Made by a program: the position numbers and the translations under genes | Assembly: GCA_963783385.1 (NCBI GenBank) | Contig: CAWANJ010000001.1 | Coordinates: 384,001 to 448,000, forward strand | Reading direction: 5' to 3' | Source of the DNA: an uncultured Gemmatimonadales bacterium | GTDB lineage: Bacteria > Gemmatimonadota > Gemmatimonadetes > Palauibacterales > Palauibacteraceae | DNA: 64,000 bases | The notes under the pieces: generated by a model | Seen by the model: only the letters and a program-made list of their open reading frames with translations | The model's database searches: none | What the model was told of the DNA's origin: nothing | Shown here: positions 63,306 to 64,000 of the stretch, in pieces | Layout of the letters: every line of letters begins with the position of its first letter | How positions within the stretch are numbered: the stretch's first letter is position 1

Positions 63306-64000
63306 GCGCGGCCGGACCCGACTTCCCCTCCGGTCCCGCGGTCCCGGAAGCCGGGGCCGCCTCCGGCTCGCTCCGGCCGCCGAGCCGCACCCACAGCACC
63401 GCGCCGAGGGCGATCAGCGCCACGGCGATGACCTGTGCCGTGGTCAGGGGCCCGATGAACCGGTCGTCCTTGGCCCGCCAGATCTCGATGAGGAAGCGCT
63501 CGATCCCGGTCAGAACGAGATAGACCGCGAACAGCCTGCCGGCCTTCCAGGGCCGCTTCCGCCAGCGCCACAGGAAGAAGAAGATGATCAGCGACGCGAC
63601 AGTCTCGATGGGCTCGGTGGGAATCACCTTGAGCAGCGCGTGGTCGGGCGTGCCGAGGGGGATGTGGGCTCCGAAGTCCGCCCGCAGGTTGCCGGCCGTG
63701 GTGGGCGGGGACCCCTTCGGGAACGCGATCCCGATCCAGGACGTCGTGGGCCGGCCGTAGTCGTCCCCCACCAGGAAGCAGCCGATGCGGCCGAGCCCGT
63801 AGCCCAGGGCGAGAGCCGGAGCCACCAGGTCCGCCCCCCGGGCGATCGGATAGCGCCGGCGGCGCAGGAACCACAGGACGGCCAGCGCCCCCCCGATGAA
63901 GCCGCCGTACCACACGAGCCCGGCCCGCGAGAGCAGCATGCTCCCGGGCGCCGCCACGGTGACTCGCCAGTGGAGGGCCAGGTAGTAGAGCTTGGCGCCC
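63298..64000 (-). CDS. lgt: Prolipoprotein diacylglyceryl transferase (5' end outside the window)
   Basis: GAKLYY, GLVWYGG, GRIGCFLVGDDYG, ERFLIEIWR. Confidence 0.92.
   Translation of the reverse strand, partial: GAKLYYLALHWRVTVAAPGSMLLSRAGLVWYGGFIGGALAVLWFLRRRRYPIARGADLVAPALALGYGLGRIGCFLVGDDYGRPTTSWIGIAFPKGSPPTTAGNLRADFGAHIPLGTPDHALLKVIPTEPIETVASLIIFFFLWRWRKRPWKAGRLFAVYLVLTGIERFLIEIWRAKDDRFIGPLTTAQVIAVALIALGAVLWVRLGGRSEPEAAPASGTAGPEGKSGPAAHA

Overview
Very GC-rich bacterial chromosomal DNA. Gene content and order suggest a Gemmatimonadota-like diderm (inference, not a database result). About 58 genes, mostly core or envelope functions: glpK, a PAS kinase/response regulator/GGDEF-EAL signalling operon, ffh-rpsP-rimM-trmD-rplS-rnhB, trpS-mgtC-dehydrogenase-pilT-dapA-like-purA, tesA/ybbA/ybbP, a pspA operon, uvrA, htpX, tamA/tamB, lgt and tRNA-Lys(UUU). 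I found no CRISPR array, integrase, transposase or phage genes. Many genes, including essential rplS and rpsP, carry single-base frameshifts that look like long-read consensus errors. There are also several deletion scars (kinase and YHS remnants, a MarR/propeller junction, an internally deleted MscS). The best candidates for undescribed biology are non-coding or very small elements. (1) At 18271-18599, a rod-shaped 6S-like RNA is followed by a 20-aa ORF with tandem Met codons and an intrinsic terminator, directly upstream of a Cys/Met PLP enzyme and an NhaC-family transporter. (2) At 2274-2449, a structured leader or sRNA with a 16-codon ORF and alternative pairings precedes the c-di-GMP operon. 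(3) A BNR beta-propeller is paired with a ubiquitin-like protein ending in GG. (4) A non-canonical Psp operon encodes a TM/coiled-coil protein, a YbjN/CesT-like protein, PspA, an AI-2E transporter and a DUF1611 protein. RNA structures were folded by eye and family calls rest on motif recognition only.
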